Part shown: positions 13,345-27,732 of the stretch, one piece after another
How positions within the stretch are numbered: position 1 is the first letter of the stretch
Layout: each line of letters begins with the position of its first letter
DNA from: Eledone cirrhosa
Lineage: Eukaryota
Reading direction: 5' to 3'
NCBI GenBank assembly: GCA_964016885.1
Contig: OZ024742.1
Location: forward strand, 158,224,001-158,288,000
DNA: 64,000 nt
Position numbers and translations under genes: made by a program
Notes under the pieces: generated by a model
Databases searched by the model: none
What the model saw: only the letters and a program-made list of their open reading frames with translations
What the model was told of the DNA's origin: nothing

Positions 13345-16155
13345 GATAATAGGGTTTTTCTAAAAGGGAAAACTACCATGTTTTAATACAATATCTTCAT
13401 CTTGTGCGTTGGTGAGTGACTTATAAACATTAAAATAATAATCAAACAGAATGGAGGCTACAGACAAAATCTAACTGAACATTCTTGGAGGGTGCTATGC
13501 CGGCATGTTTTAAGTCATATTTTGTCTTCTGAGAGACCCGCTCACATTTCCTTCAACTAATGTCATATTATATTTCGTGAGCCATAACACATTTGATTAC
13601 TACTACTACTACTAATATTACTACTACTACTACTGCTGATCCTACTCTTATCACCATCACCAACAACAACACTAATATAACTATCGCTCTTACTAACACT
13701 ACGACCACCACTATGTAATATATTACGCCATCGTAAGCCATTATCTAAAGTAGTTTGTAAATTTAAAACAACTTCAAATCATTCCAGAATATGAAAATCT
13801 ATTATTGTAAAGGCAGCAGCTAAATGAGTCAAGAGGAAATGGGTTTACTAGTTCATGTCGAAACTAAGATGCTGGGTTGCTTCCGTCACAAAGGCCTCTA
13901 ATTCTGAACTATCTCATTCAACTAACGTATACAGCATGACTGAATGTTTAAAATTATAGCTTCACATTCTCGAGGTTCTAATTTCGAACTAGCTTCCTGG
14001 CATCTTGAATAAGTGTTTCCAAACATTATGGCTGAAATTGCATTAAAGAAAATTAGGTGGAACAACGTCGAATGGACTGTACCTATAATTAAAAGGACCA
14101 GCTTTGTCACACACATTGTACCATAATGAATATCTTTGCGAATTATGCTAATGGAACACGTTTCTGTGGAATACTTGTCTACTTCCGACTTAACTTTACA
14201 AATAGGCCGTTCCGTTTATCATAATTGTGGAACTCGTATCGTTAAAATCGACAGACACTGATGTAGTTCACCTACACTCAGCTGTAACTCTAAGCAGTTT
14301 TGTTAGGTATCTATCGCTTTAAAAATATTTGGCAGATTTCAAACTCTCGTGCGCTTTATATAAGACATGAAGAATACAACTTTAAGTAGTAATATATAAC
14401 GAAATGTTTCATTACACTTTATACATGAACTACGAGTTACTTTCAGTGGATACACACGGGATGGCATTATGAAACAACAAGTAACATCTATCGACGTTTC
14501 ACTTTCCTCCGTTAGTATTAAGACATGGTCACAATTATATGCATCTCACTTCAAATGTTACTTTATGCATTGAAAGATGTTACATTTGCTTTGAACGACA
14601 CCTATATCACAAAGATAGGAATTATTTTATTGAAAATCTCAATTTCCTGAACGTGATAGTACGGTAAAATTACATTTAAAAATATATAATATAATATGAT
14701 AAAATCTCGCTGTACAACTTATCGATTGATATATGAGATTTTATCATCTTTTAACATGGTTTTCCTCATATTTTCATTTGAAAGCGATACGATTTAAGGA
14801 TTGACTTTTAAAATCTAATATTAGAATGTTTCAATGATTGATTGATGGGTTTAAAGAAACAAAATACAAAAAGATAAATAGAAAGTATCTCATGCAAATA
14901 TTATTGAATGTTTAATAACAAGAAATCTTTCTGTCGAGGAAAAAATATGTACATTCATTCAACGTATATTCGATTTAAACTAAGGCCTCAAATTTTCATG
15001 ATACAAGGTAAGGTAGAATTAGTTTAAGATTTAAAAGCAAAAAAATATATAATTTCAAGGAACATGAAATATATATTGATTACTGTAATCTTTTCAGACA
15101 GAATAAATTCATCGAATATAATGAAGTATAAAGATTTCTTTTTCTGTGGTCGAATTCCAATTTAGTTTTGTATGAGGAAGGAAATTTATTGTGTAAGATT
15201 ATGCTTTCCTTGTGCGCATTAGAGCTATGTGAATCAGCCTTGGTGTCTAAAGAAGAGGAGACAGTGTGTTCATACCTATTTCGTGTGTACTTGTGTTGTA
15301 GTGTCCAAATTTAGTTTGCAGCAAAACAAATGTGATTGTATGACATCATGTCTATTGTAATGTACTTAGGATTATTATTTTCAAGTTCGTCCTTAGCTTA
15401 CCCCATGCTTTTTTATTGAGGTGGTCAAACGAACTATTTCGAAACAATAATTACAAATTGTACACAGTTCCAACCCTCGAACAGCTAACCACATTTTATT
15501 CTATTTCCTAAACATTAAAAAATATGACATTGCTAACTTGTATCGTTACAATCCATTATAAACAGAGGTTTAACTGAGTGAGTAGAACTTGCTTGGAAGC
15601 CATGTGTATCCATGTTCATACTCACTTCGCGAGACATTCGGTAAGCCTCATATACTGCGACTTCCAGTTGACCAATGTCTTGTAAGGGAAACTTAGCAGA
15701 CGGGAACTATACAGAATTATATCACATGCTCGTGTATATGTCCGTGTCGAATTGCATGCCGTGATATTAAAATGTATATATTAAATGATTTGATACATCG
15801 GAATCAATATAATATATTATGCCACACATAGTTACGGTAGTCGATATGAATTATAAAAGAACGAAACCACAGTGGTTTCAAATAAATGTACTATATTAAT
15901 GGACTACAAAGGTGTTGAATCGGGTGATGGATTAAGTCCACCACACACAGTTGGCGTTAAACGGGATCTTTAATCCTACCTTCGCATTTCTTGAAGTTAT
16001 ACAAACATATTTGAAACTATATATATATTTTTTTTAATTCTGTTACTTAAATAAACATGTTCTATGTTTGAGAGAAATGAGTTGTTATAGCTAAATATCT
16101 ATTCATTGTCGTTAAATTTGTTTGGAGCTTATTCCGAAATAAAAGCCTGGTATAT

Positions 16156-16775
16156 AATAATTGTTTCTACTTTAGGCACAAGGCCAGCAATTACCCAGTT
16201 CATTACTGGTACTTTATTTTATCGACCCCGTAAGGATGAAAGGCAAAGTCAACCTCGGTGGGATTTGAACTCAGATCGTAAAGGGACGTAATTATGCTGG
16301 AAAGCATGGCGTCCGACTCTCTACCGATACTGCCAACCCACCGCCTGGTATACAATAATTGTTTCTACTTTTGGCACAAGGCCAGCAATTCTCCAATGCA
16401 TTACTGGTACTTTATTTTATCGACCCCGTAAGGAAGAAAGGCAAAGTTAACCTCGGCAGGATTTGAACTCTGAATAGCAAGGGCCGTAACTCTATGCGTC
16501 AAAGCATGGCGTCCGACCCTCTACCGATACTGCCAAATCACCGCCCTGGTATATAATAATGATTTATAATTTTGGCATATGTCCAGCAAATTGTGGAGTG
16601 TCTAAAGCCGACTATATCACACTCAGAATTTTAATTGTACTTTATTTTATCGACCCCTGAAAGATGAATGGTAATGCTCACCTTGTCATGCATTGACCTC
16701 AGAACATAAAGAGCGGGAGCAAATAACGCAGAGTATTTTATTTACGCACTAACGATTCTGCCAGAACACCGCTCT
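16156..16775 (-). mobile_element. Three head-to-tail SINE copies of unequal age
   Basis: Each unit is preceded by CCTGGTATA(T/C)AATAAT (16146, 16344, 16546); the third unit is much more diverged. Confidence 0.85.
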
Positions 16776-16864
16776 CAGCCAATCATATACTGATTTCAAT
16801 GATAATAGTTATATTCTTACCATACAAATAATTAACTTTGAAGCTAATCAAATCAACTTAATAT

Positions 16865-17059
16865 CAGACCTGTCAACTCTCTACGTCCGACGGGGAGATC
16901 CCTCATCCAAATTGGCGTGGGGGAGAGGTGTCTTCTCTTATGAAAATGGGTATAGCATTCGTTATGTAAAATCTTCCCATTTTGCCTCATCCCTCCCCGT
17001 TTTGGGGCCCTTTTTTTCATGGTACTCCCCGTTTGGGTTTTTAGAGGTTGTCAGGTCTG
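16865..17059. mobile_element. MITE
   Basis: TIRs CAGACCTGTCAAC / GTTGTCAGGTCTG plus subterminal ACGGGGAG/CTCCCCGT; no clear TSD. Confidence 0.6.
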
Positions 17060-17182
17060 GAATATATATGAAATTATACTTGAAACCAAAGTGGAATTGA
17101 CTAGCATGTTTCTTGGAAAATAAAAGGATGAGAAGTAGACAATTGAAGTCCCATAAGCGTTGTTGAATATATACACTATATC

Positions 17183-17221
<39 letters not shown>

Positions 17222-17483
17222 ATATATTTAAGTCTGAATGTTAAGTGCAAACACAAAACCAACCACGCATATCTTTACTATCTCTAATCCTTCTATAGAC
17301 TTAGAAAAATAACCAATAATATATTCTATAAAAAATGTCAAAACAACAGATGGGAATCTAATTAATCACTGCCACCAAGAATTCTCACTGCTATCGAAAA
17401 ACCACTCCTTCAACTATTCTTCTAACAACTTCACCCCTTCCTCCTAATATTCTCTATAAAAACTAAATAGGTCCTCAGTAATA

Positions 17484-17600
17484 TTATTCTGATGAAATGA
17501 CAGTAAACAATAACATTGAAATATTGAATGTCTGCATAACTAAAAGTTTGTAGATAGCTGTTTTAGGTTATGTAACTGTTATAGAAACACGTGTCAATAA
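17484..17600 (+). ncRNA. Type I hammerhead ribozyme with long stem II (family D) in TA-flanked module 17230-17640
   Basis: TTATT-CTGATGA-a(ATGACAGT...~70 nt...ACTGTTAT)a-GAAA-C(ACGT)G-TC-AATAA. Confidence 0.8.
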
Positions 17601-17657
17601 ATTCCTTTCAACTAAACTGTATCCATTCAAATCTTTCTATATATTTATATATATATG

Positions 17658-17700
<43 letters not shown>

Positions 17701-19659
17701 GTATAAATATATATATATATATATATATATAGTTCTAGCCCTGTAGAAGCCTTTTCTATATTAAATATTTATATACATATATACAGATTGTCAGACGTAA
17801 GTGTTTTACAAATGTGTTATCCTTACTAGTAATTTCCTTCTTTTTTTTTCAAAATTGTTATAACTCAGAACCTATATCTAATATCCCTTCCAGCCATGCT
17901 TGGACAGGTTTTCACAGATCGAGTCGATATTCAAGCAGGGTTACTGACCTCTCAAATAGGCACCAACATCTAGCTTACACACATTCCCACACTCTACTCT
18001 GTACATTAATAGGAACACAGGCATTAGTGCTCTTATCATGTATTTGACACAACTACTTTAAGAAACGATTCACCCCTGTTTGGAGAGAATATTCATATTT
18101 ACTGTAAGAGACTTTTTATACACTAAATTTCATTTAGACGTTTTATCTGTGTGTTGTTTATTTTCGTTGTTGCTTTTTTTAATTTGTTCGAATTCAAGGT
18201 ACATTTTCCTTGTTGCTTGTGCGATCAAGGAAATGAAGTCACACTTTTAGGAACATTTTGGCAGGGCAACGACTAAATTAAATATTTTCGAATATATAAA
18301 GATAAATATAATTCGGCTGCTTTATTTATGAAATATTATCAATGTAGTCCGTCGTTGCCGGGCAATTTTTACCAAAGAATGCCTTTTTTTCAATTTATTT
18401 TTATTCCCTGGGAAACCATTTCTCGACCGTGCCTCATTTCCCGTTACTTATTCCTTGTGGATCGCCCTCCTGAATTGTCAATTATCCCCAAGTAAGTTTC
18501 TGTGGAAAGTAAACTTGTGCAACGCGAAATAAAGTAACTTGCTCAAGTACATAATGTGCCACAGAAATAGATCTCACTACCTTACGATCGTAAACAGAAT
18601 GCACTAATCACTAAGCCACCCTGCGAGGAAAAATCATACATACATTAAAAATATGAAAACGGACAGAAGAAAGGAGCGTTTCAACAGACGATGAAAAAGC
18701 CTGTGTCAGTGAGGTCCTTTCGCTAATCTTGTTAACTATCTGTTACCATCTCACTCCACGCATTAATGGATATTTTACTTCATAGAAATGACATGGGATT
18801 ATATTTATGTGTTTGTTTTTCTGTTAATCTTTTCGAAATTGAAATACTCCATGCGCCCCAAAACTTTCCATACAGGATCTGCAAAAATATCGAGATCACA
18901 GAAACACATAAACACAGTTTAACTTATATCAAAATCTCCGAAGCGGGGAAAATTCGGACGATACTTACTAAAACAAAAGAAGTATCGTTCTCATCATATC
19001 CTTACTACTCGTTTATTGTTGAGTTGCTATATTCAAGTTCAATGGGGGCTATTTCTAGCATCACTACAAATCTGGCATTGTGTGTGTGCGTGTGTGTGTA
19101 TGTGTGTGTGTATGTATATATGTGTGTGTGTGTATGTGTGTGTGAGTGTGTGTGTGTGTGTGTGTGTGAGTGAGTGCGCGTGTGTGCATGGGTTTTACTT
19201 TCACTGGCGAGTTGCAATATAAAACATCATTAATTTATTTTCCAATTTACATAATAGTATACCTACCTACATGCATTTCATATTCACTTACATATATATA
19301 GACGTAATATATAAGTAGAAGCCACACACTGGCAGTAGTAGTAGAAGTGGTAGATAGTTTGAGAGATAGAAAGATATAGATGAAAGGCAGATAACATATG
19401 AGTTAGTTTTTGAAGTACGTAAAGGTGACAGAGAAAGAAGCCGTTTGGAATGATGAAGATTTTGATATAAATGATGTTGAATGTGAAAACCGAAATGTCT
19501 GTTGGAAGATTGCGTCAATAGAATCTTATTGGAATTGTGAACGCTGTGTATAACGATTAATTATTTATCTGCTTTAGGTCAGATAATTTCGATGCGATAG
19601 GCTTTACGTGACAGATGTTAATTTAATGTCTACTTTAGAAAGAAATTCCTTGCATAGAA

Positions 19660-20370
<711 letters not shown>

Positions 20371-23300
20371 ATGTCCTGGGTATGACATTAAACTACATCC
20401 AGTGGCAAGGCCAGTTCGGGAGTTCAGGAGTTGTGGGGAATGTGGAGTTACCCCTTAGTTGTCATGACTCCCAGGTCTGCCCTGGCCCGGGGTGGTAGTA
20501 CCTGTTAGGGCTCCATTTATGGGTTAAATAATTACCTTATTCGAGTGGCGCCGGTAAGGTATTGTCAGCCATTGAAAAGAAATATGGAGAGTCGATCTAA
20601 CACTACTAGGGTTAGAGCCCCTAATTACACTGTCAAGGAGCAGCCTGGTCGTTATGACTCTGCTGGCTTAGAGCCACAGAGAGGGCCAGTGGATGATGGA
20701 TCAGCTGTCTCTGAGACAAATATAAAGAATGCAGTTTTGTCCAGCAGAAGAGCCATCAAAATGGGCACTTTGAATGTGAGGACTATTCGAACGCTGGAGA
20801 AGAGAGAGGAGTTGGGACATCTGTTCGAGGAGAGTGGTATACAGATACTTGCGATCCAAGAACACAGGATCCTACACGATGAGCCCGTGAGGAGTGTCAT
20901 GATCGAGAAGGGGAGCCAGCTCATCACTACATCGAAAGTGAAGAACACAACAAATGCTGCAGTAGGAGGAGTCGGTTTTGTGTTCAGTGCAAAAACCAAT
21001 CTGTTGGTGAGGGAAATAATGCCTATCTCCCCGCGAGTGTTGAGGGTGACCTTCAATGGAAACCCAAGACTGACAGTCATCTCAGCCTATAGTCCAACCG
21101 AGGGGGACAGTGATGTGATTTCGGAAGAGTTCCATGAGGAGGTGTGTAGAGCTGTCAACACCACTCAGGCACACAATATCCTGCTTGTTTGGGGGGACTT
21201 CAATGCACATGTGAGTAAGGAGGGTAGTGAAGATCCTTGCTGGTACTTCCATAACAACACCAACCGAAATGGAAGACTACTGAGAGACACCCTTCTGAGG
21301 CGAACTTGATAGCGACCAACCTAAGGTTTAGGAAGAATCTGGGGAAGATGTGGACCTACATCTCAGATATGCACCTGTCCAAGTCCCAGATTGATTTCAT
21401 TCTGGTAAAGAAAAAGTGGCGGAATAGTGTTCTGAACACGGAACCATACAACTATTTCAGTACACTGGGTAGTGACCACCGGCTTGTTATGAGTGAGGTC
21501 CGGGTGAGCTTAAGAAAGAGCAAGGCTCGGTCCCGGAGAACAATCTATGACTGGGGAGCTTTCAAGGAAGATGATAAGCTACAGGAGAGGTTCACAGTGG
21601 AAGTGAGAAACAGGTTTAGTGCTCTGTGTGGAGAGTCAGAGGAGAGAGAGATTGGATGGACTGAGGAGAGTGTGACGAGGAGGTACGGGCACTTCACCAA
21701 TGCAGTGGCGGAAGCAAGTGAAACCCTGGTGCCGAGGAAAAAGAACAAAGGGAAGCACGTCAGCTCTGCAAACCCAAAAGTGTGTGCAGCCAGAGAACAC
21801 CTGAAAGCTGCCAAGGACCAATTCTATGCTGATCCTACTACGGAGGAGAGGATGGAGACTGTGGAGGTGATGAGGGAAGAGCTCTGTACCGCTTACACTG
21901 AGGTCAGAGAGGAGGCACTGATAGAGAAGATCAGAAGTGTGGAGAGAGCGGTTGACAGATCTGGATGTAAGGAGAGCTGGATGATCATCAACGAGATCAC
22001 AGGGAGGAAGAGAAGGTGTTCGAGTCAGATCCAGGGAACGGGGCCCGAGGATAGGAAGAGGAAATGGCTAGACCATTTTAGGATCCTACTAGGAGAGCCA
22101 CCCTCCACAGCCCAGAGCACTGGGGAGATCAGGCGGCTGTTTGAGGAACTGGATGTTGAAACAGAGCCCTTCACCAGAGAGGAGCTTCAGAGAGCCAAGA
22201 AGAGGATCAAGGAGAGCAAGGCTCATGGAGAGGATGGAGTGGCATCAGAGGTGATAAAGAGGTGTGATTTTGATGATATCATCCTGGGGTTCTGTAACGG
22301 GGCACTGGAGAAAGGAGTTGCCCCGAATCAGTGGAGGATCAGTAACATCGTCCCAGTGCCAAAGAAGGGAGATCTCTCTAACACCAACAGCTACAGGGGG
22401 ATCTCACTGACGTCACTTGTGGCAAAGACCCTCAACAGGATGATTCTTAACAGGATCCAGCCCGAGATGGAGAAGAAGCTCAGGGACAACCAGAACGGCT
22501 TCAGAGAGGGTAGATCAACCACCAGTCACATCCTGATGCTGAGGAGGATATTAGAGGGAGCTAGAGCAAAGTGCCTTCCTGCGGTCATGGTTTTCATTGA
22601 CTTTAGGAAGGCCTTTGATTCTGTGGACCGTTACTGCCTGATGAAGATCTTACAGGCTTATGGAATCCCCAAGACGATAGTGGACCTGATATCACTGCAC
22701 TACACCAACACCAAAGCCCAAGTCATTACACCTGATGGGATGACAGAGTTCTTTGAGATACTGGCTGGAGTGCTCCAGGGAGATACATTGGCTCCCTACC
22801 TTTTTACCATCGTAGTGGACTATTGTATGCGCTTTGCACTGAAGAAACACCAGGACTCTGGCTTTACTGTGGCACCGGCTCAGAGCAGGAGGGTTAGGGC
22901 GAAAAAGGTATCGGATGCTGAATTTGCCGACGACATAGTTTTGGTGACAAATACAGTGAAGGAGGCAGAGTATTTGATGCGGGAGGTTGAGACTGTGTCG
23001 ATGAGTGTGGGGCTGAGAATGAATGAGTCTAAAACAAAATATCTAGTAGAGAATGTTGAGAAGCCAGAGGGGATCACTAATGTAGGCGGGAAGCCGCTAG
23101 AATTGGTTGAGGGCTTCCTATATTCGGGAGCGAAGATTGGGAATACGGAAGATGATGTGGTTGAGAGGAAGAGCAAGGCCTGGGCGGCGTGCCACAGCTT
23201 AAGATCGGTGTGGAAGTCGGACCTTCGTAGAGAGCTTAAAATCCGCCTCTTCATTGCTGTAGTGGAGTCTGTGCTGCTGTATGGGCCTGAGACTTGGACA

Positions 23301-23681
23301 CTGACCAAGAAACTCACTCAGATGGTGGATGGGTGCTACACGAGAATGCTGAGGATGGCTCTGAACATTAAACAGTATACACTGAGGATAAACAACTCAG
23401 AGCTGTATGGGAGCATCTCGAAAGTGACACAGAGGAGACTGAGGTTAACAGGACATGCTCACCGACATCCAGAGTTGATATTGCACTCAGTGCTCCTTTG
23501 GTAGCCCCTACATGGACACACTAGAAGAGGAAGACCAAGGTTAACGTATGTTGATGCCCTAAGGACAGACGCTGGTCTGTTGGAGACGCAGGACATGGCA
23601 GCGATAATGAGGGACAGAGACCGCTGGAGAGAACTCGTCCATGGATCTCGGGAATTTTACCCGCCTTAGAATAGAATAGAA
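20371..23681 (+). mobile_element. Near-full-length RTE-clade LINE
   Basis: Short 5' UTR, a single APE+RT ORF broken by a frameshift, and an (AATAG)n tail at 23666-23681; embedded in (TA)n. Confidence 0.92.
20545..23668 (+). pseudogene. RTE ORF: APE endonuclease plus reverse transcriptase
   Basis: GTLNVRT, LAIQEHR, GDFNAH, IDFIL and SDH (APE); QNGFR, FIDFRKAFDSV, GVLQGDTLAP and FADD (RT). Frameshift at ~21306 and a premature TAG at 23504 followed by the RTE-typical RRGRPR...DRDRW. Confidence 0.92.
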
Positions 23682-23768
23682 TATGTGTATAGATAAATAA
23701 AATGTATATCTATGTGTATAGGTACATGTACATTATACATATGCACATACACACACACATATATATAT

Positions 23769-23832
<64 letters not shown>

Positions 23833-23903
23833 GTATATATATATAGACATCTCTGTCTCTCTCTCTATATATATATGTGTGTGTGTATATATATCTATCT
23901 ATA

Positions 23904-23959
<56 letters not shown>

Positions 23960-23961
<2 letters not shown>

Positions 23962-24191
23962 TTAGTATATGTTGGTTATGATTCCAGTTCCTCAGTGAAA
24001 TAATAACCCAACCAGGAACTGGGCATATCAGAGTATTGACAAAATTATACACCTCAACAACATATGTACTTGTCTATACCACACTAATTCGGACTGCCGG
24101 AAGAGGTCACAGCCAAAGATGGTTGTCACTGAAATATTATAGCAGTAATAAACGAAGCTAAATTTTAAACATTTGACTTTTTATTTAACTT

Positions 24192-24197
<6 letters not shown>
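23960..24197 (+). mobile_element. TA-flanked PLE pseudo-LTR module with mutated hammerhead (family E)
   Basis: Homologous to 34825-35025. The hammerhead at 24093-24146 reads ACTGC-CGGAAGA-stem II-GAAA-TATTA-TA-GCAGT. Confidence 0.75.
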
Positions 24198-24239
<42 letters not shown>

Positions 24240-24672
24240 CACGCATCTCAACGTACACCCACTTACATCTCTCTCTCTCCACCACCGGACCTTGTTACCC
24301 GGAGATTTACCCATTTGCATTGTCGAGGCTTCCAAACGACTTAAAGATATTTACTTATTGTTCCACAATGCTTCAAGCAAACATCAATACTCTCATATAT
24401 ATATATATTTATTAAAATAACAGATTAAAGTTTAAGCAAAGAATCGCTGCTTATGTATATGTATATACAGATCACAGATATACTAACATACAGATAAGCA
24501 TAAATTCAGACATACAAACATACATATATACGTACGGGCAGACTGAAATATTCTATAACATCCTTTCAACAGCAAGGGTTCCTTTGAAATATCACGAATA
24601 ACTTTATTATTTTTAAGTTCAAGACACTTTGGCATTTTTTTTTAATTCTTTTTATTCATGACATTTTAACAG

Positions 24673-24786
<114 letters not shown>

Positions 24787-24797
24787 ATATATATATA

Positions 24798-25098
24798 TGG
24801 AAAAAGTGAAATTTCATTTCTCACTCTTAGTACGGCTGATACTAACTCACTCGATATGCAGATTAGGCTGCTCAGCCGTTAATATGGATAAGGAAAGTAT
24901 ATACTTTCAAACGTTCAATCGATTGACAGGAAGATATACGGTGCTGATGACAGCTAATAAGCTAGAAACTAGTTCATCGTTCCTGTGTCGGTGTTGAACA
25001 AAAGGGCGACGATGGTTGGCGAGCACTGTACGGCTTAATTCGGGCTGTTTGTTTACAAACAAAGCGAACATTATAATAACGGTTCGGTAAACCCATAC

Positions 25099-25103
<5 letters not shown>
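24798..25103 (+). mobile_element. Dispersed diverged monomer of the 430-bp hammerhead repeat (family F)
   Basis: Aligns to 39730-39992; its first ~45 nt are an inverted piece of the unit's other end. Hammerhead at 24938-24980. Confidence 0.85.
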
Positions 25104-25142
<39 letters not shown>

Positions 25143-25146
<4 letters not shown>

Positions 25147-25337
25147 TTAATATAGATGAGATTCTACAGGACTAGAACTGTTTCATTCTTTAGAAATCAT
25201 CAGGAATCCTGATGATTTCTAAAGAATGAAACAGTTCTAGTCCTGTAGAATCTCATCTATATTAAAACTGTTATACTCTGCAATGTATTGAGTACCTTAC
25301 TTACTGTGGTTACCTCCGATTCAACCCGGAATAACGT
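25143..25337. mobile_element. Palindromic hammerhead module (family A)
   Basis: ~62-bp perfect arms centred at ~25206. The minus-strand hammerhead 25160-25208 is intact (GATTC/GAATC stem I). Confidence 0.85.
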
Positions 25338-25699
25338 ATATATATATATATATATATGTGCATGTATGTATACATACTACTGTACGTCTGTATACATACA
25401 TATATATATATATATCTAATATCAATTTCTCTTTTTCCGCATATTATGTGTATCATGAAACTAGAATTAAAATTATGGTAGTTTTTATTACATTCAACTT
25501 TTTTAAAACTCCAAGTGATCTTCCATATCTAGAATTTTCACGTTTTTATGTATGGATATATACATATATGTATATGTGGATATATATATATATAAATATT
25601 TGGGTGGCTGTGCTCGTGAACACTCACGTAATATAAGGCGCGTGTTTGTGTTTGTTGGAGAGGCGTGGATGTCTCGTTACGTGTACGCCAGAGGGAAAA

Positions 25700-26130
25700 G
25701 CCGAATCTGCGCAGTGCAGAGAAGATTTTAATAGCCCACTTCTGGAATTAAGGCCGGTGTAATCGTCTAAAGGCTTTTTTTTTTCAATATTAGCCACCTC
25801 TCACCGCTGCAGAGCACGCTTTTCCTGGTTCCGTTGATAAAATATCTATGTCGTGGCACAATCTTCCACCTGAAGCTATGTCCCACAAAGTCCTCTTTCA
25901 GTTATCGTTCCGCAATCTTCCAGCTGATGCTATATTCCTCAAAGTTCAGTTTCCACACACAACTGGAGATGGTCTTGTGCTCCTATTTTCCTGTTGACAG
26001 GCGCACACGGAATGTTTATTATAGCATTCTTTGAACTATTATTCTGTGAGTCCGCTTGAGGCTGCTGGTGCGTCTCCTTTGTTGCCTTAGGTGTTGCCTC
26101 TGTACTAAGAGCACCATCTTGCAACAGGTA
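25700..26130 (-). pseudogene. Highly decayed PLE GIY-YIG endonuclease remnant
   Basis: Minus-strand fragments GLTE**FKECYNKH, TISSCVWKL...SWKI, WKIVPRHRYFINGTRKSVLCSGERWLIL and LNSRSGLLKSSLH are colinear with the 32930-33200 endonuclease. Confidence 0.65.
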
Positions 26131-26279
26131 TGTTAGTTACTATAATTTTGAAGTTGTTAGTGGAGCTAAAACTGATCTTAGATGTCTGTCTATTAAATAT
26201 ATTTCTACATACTTGAGCTTGAAATCTTCTTCTGAAATCGGTTTTGACATTCAGCGAGAAGGGTAGCTGGATCCAGATA

Positions 26280-26332
<53 letters not shown>

Positions 26333-27629
26333 AAAAATATAAACGTCGGCGTGAAAAAGATTAGGAATTTATTTGCTTTAACATATGTTTCTATGTTTAT
26401 ATATATATATATAATAAAAAGTATTGGAATGATAATTAAACCAGATCCATCGACTTCAGTTTTACATCTAAACGGTAACCCTGTTCATTGACAAATGCTG
26501 AGGCACATAATACTGCTCATGTAGCCGTTAAAATGTATCATAAGATTCATATGAGAACCGTTCTGATGAGTGTTTCATTATCTTGCAATGTAGTATTCAA
26601 ATGATGGGTAGGTTAATGGATGGGGCAGGCCAGTTTTCTGATCCTTAAGCAGAAACGATTTTGTACACTTTGTACACGCGGATCAGCATGTTATACAGAG
26701 CATTCCCATCCTCCTCAAACCGCACGCTACTGTCTTAAATACGAAAGACACGTTGAATAATATATGTCAATGGTAACGTGATAAAAGGTGCAGGATGGTC
26801 ACAATTAGAATGCCTTTTTCCAGAGAGTTTAATTATAAAGCTAAACAGGAACAATCGAAATATTAACTGTAGAAGTTGCGAGTTTTAATAGAAGCTTAAA
26901 TCTTGCTTATTAATTAGAACTAGATTCAAAGTAACCCAATTGTTTATTAGTTAGAAATAGGTTCAAATTAACCTCATTAAAGCTGTGCGTTGCCGTCACA
27001 TTGCAGAATCGTTTGTTCATGAACTTAACTACAGTCTAAAGAGACATTACTGTTGTTACGCTTGATTATATTAATGAAATCATTATAACTGTTATTGTCA
27101 TAGCGTTAGATCATCTGGCGAAATGCATTTCAGCAATTTTACGGCCCTTTACGTCCTCATTTCATATCTTATTGAAGTCAATGTTGCTTTTCATCCTTCC
27201 GAGATCAATAAAATACAGTAGCTGTCAAGTATTGAAGTCGATATGATCGACTTTACCTTCTCCCAAATTGCACCCAAATTATTATTGTTTCATATCTTGT
27301 GTCGTCCATGTATCAGTAAATATACAATCAATAGTCTTTCAGCTCTGAAAATCCGGTATATTATGTATATAATGGCCTTCAATGGTGTCCGCCTGTTTCA
27401 AAATGATAAGAATAATTTCTGGAAGACATTAGCGTTATTTCGTGCAAGTTAAGTGAACATATACATAGAAGCTTGCTTGCTATATCAGTGTCCAGATGTG
27501 TATGCATATTATGTATTATGAGCCTGATGGAGTCGTAGAGGAGCCGCAGTGACATATGGTGGTACCCATTCTTTCACCATGTCTGAACAACGCCGGTTAC
27601 TTCAAGAGAAGGAGAGATAGAATGTATGC

Positions 27630-27732
<103 letters not shown>

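Noticed and set aside
25630-25830. CpG-richer patch as a host promoter
   Set aside because: Better explained as the 3' end of a minus-strand PLE endonuclease remnant.
26555-26600. CTGATGA as a hammerhead core
   Set aside because: No downstream stem II/GAAA/UH arrangement.
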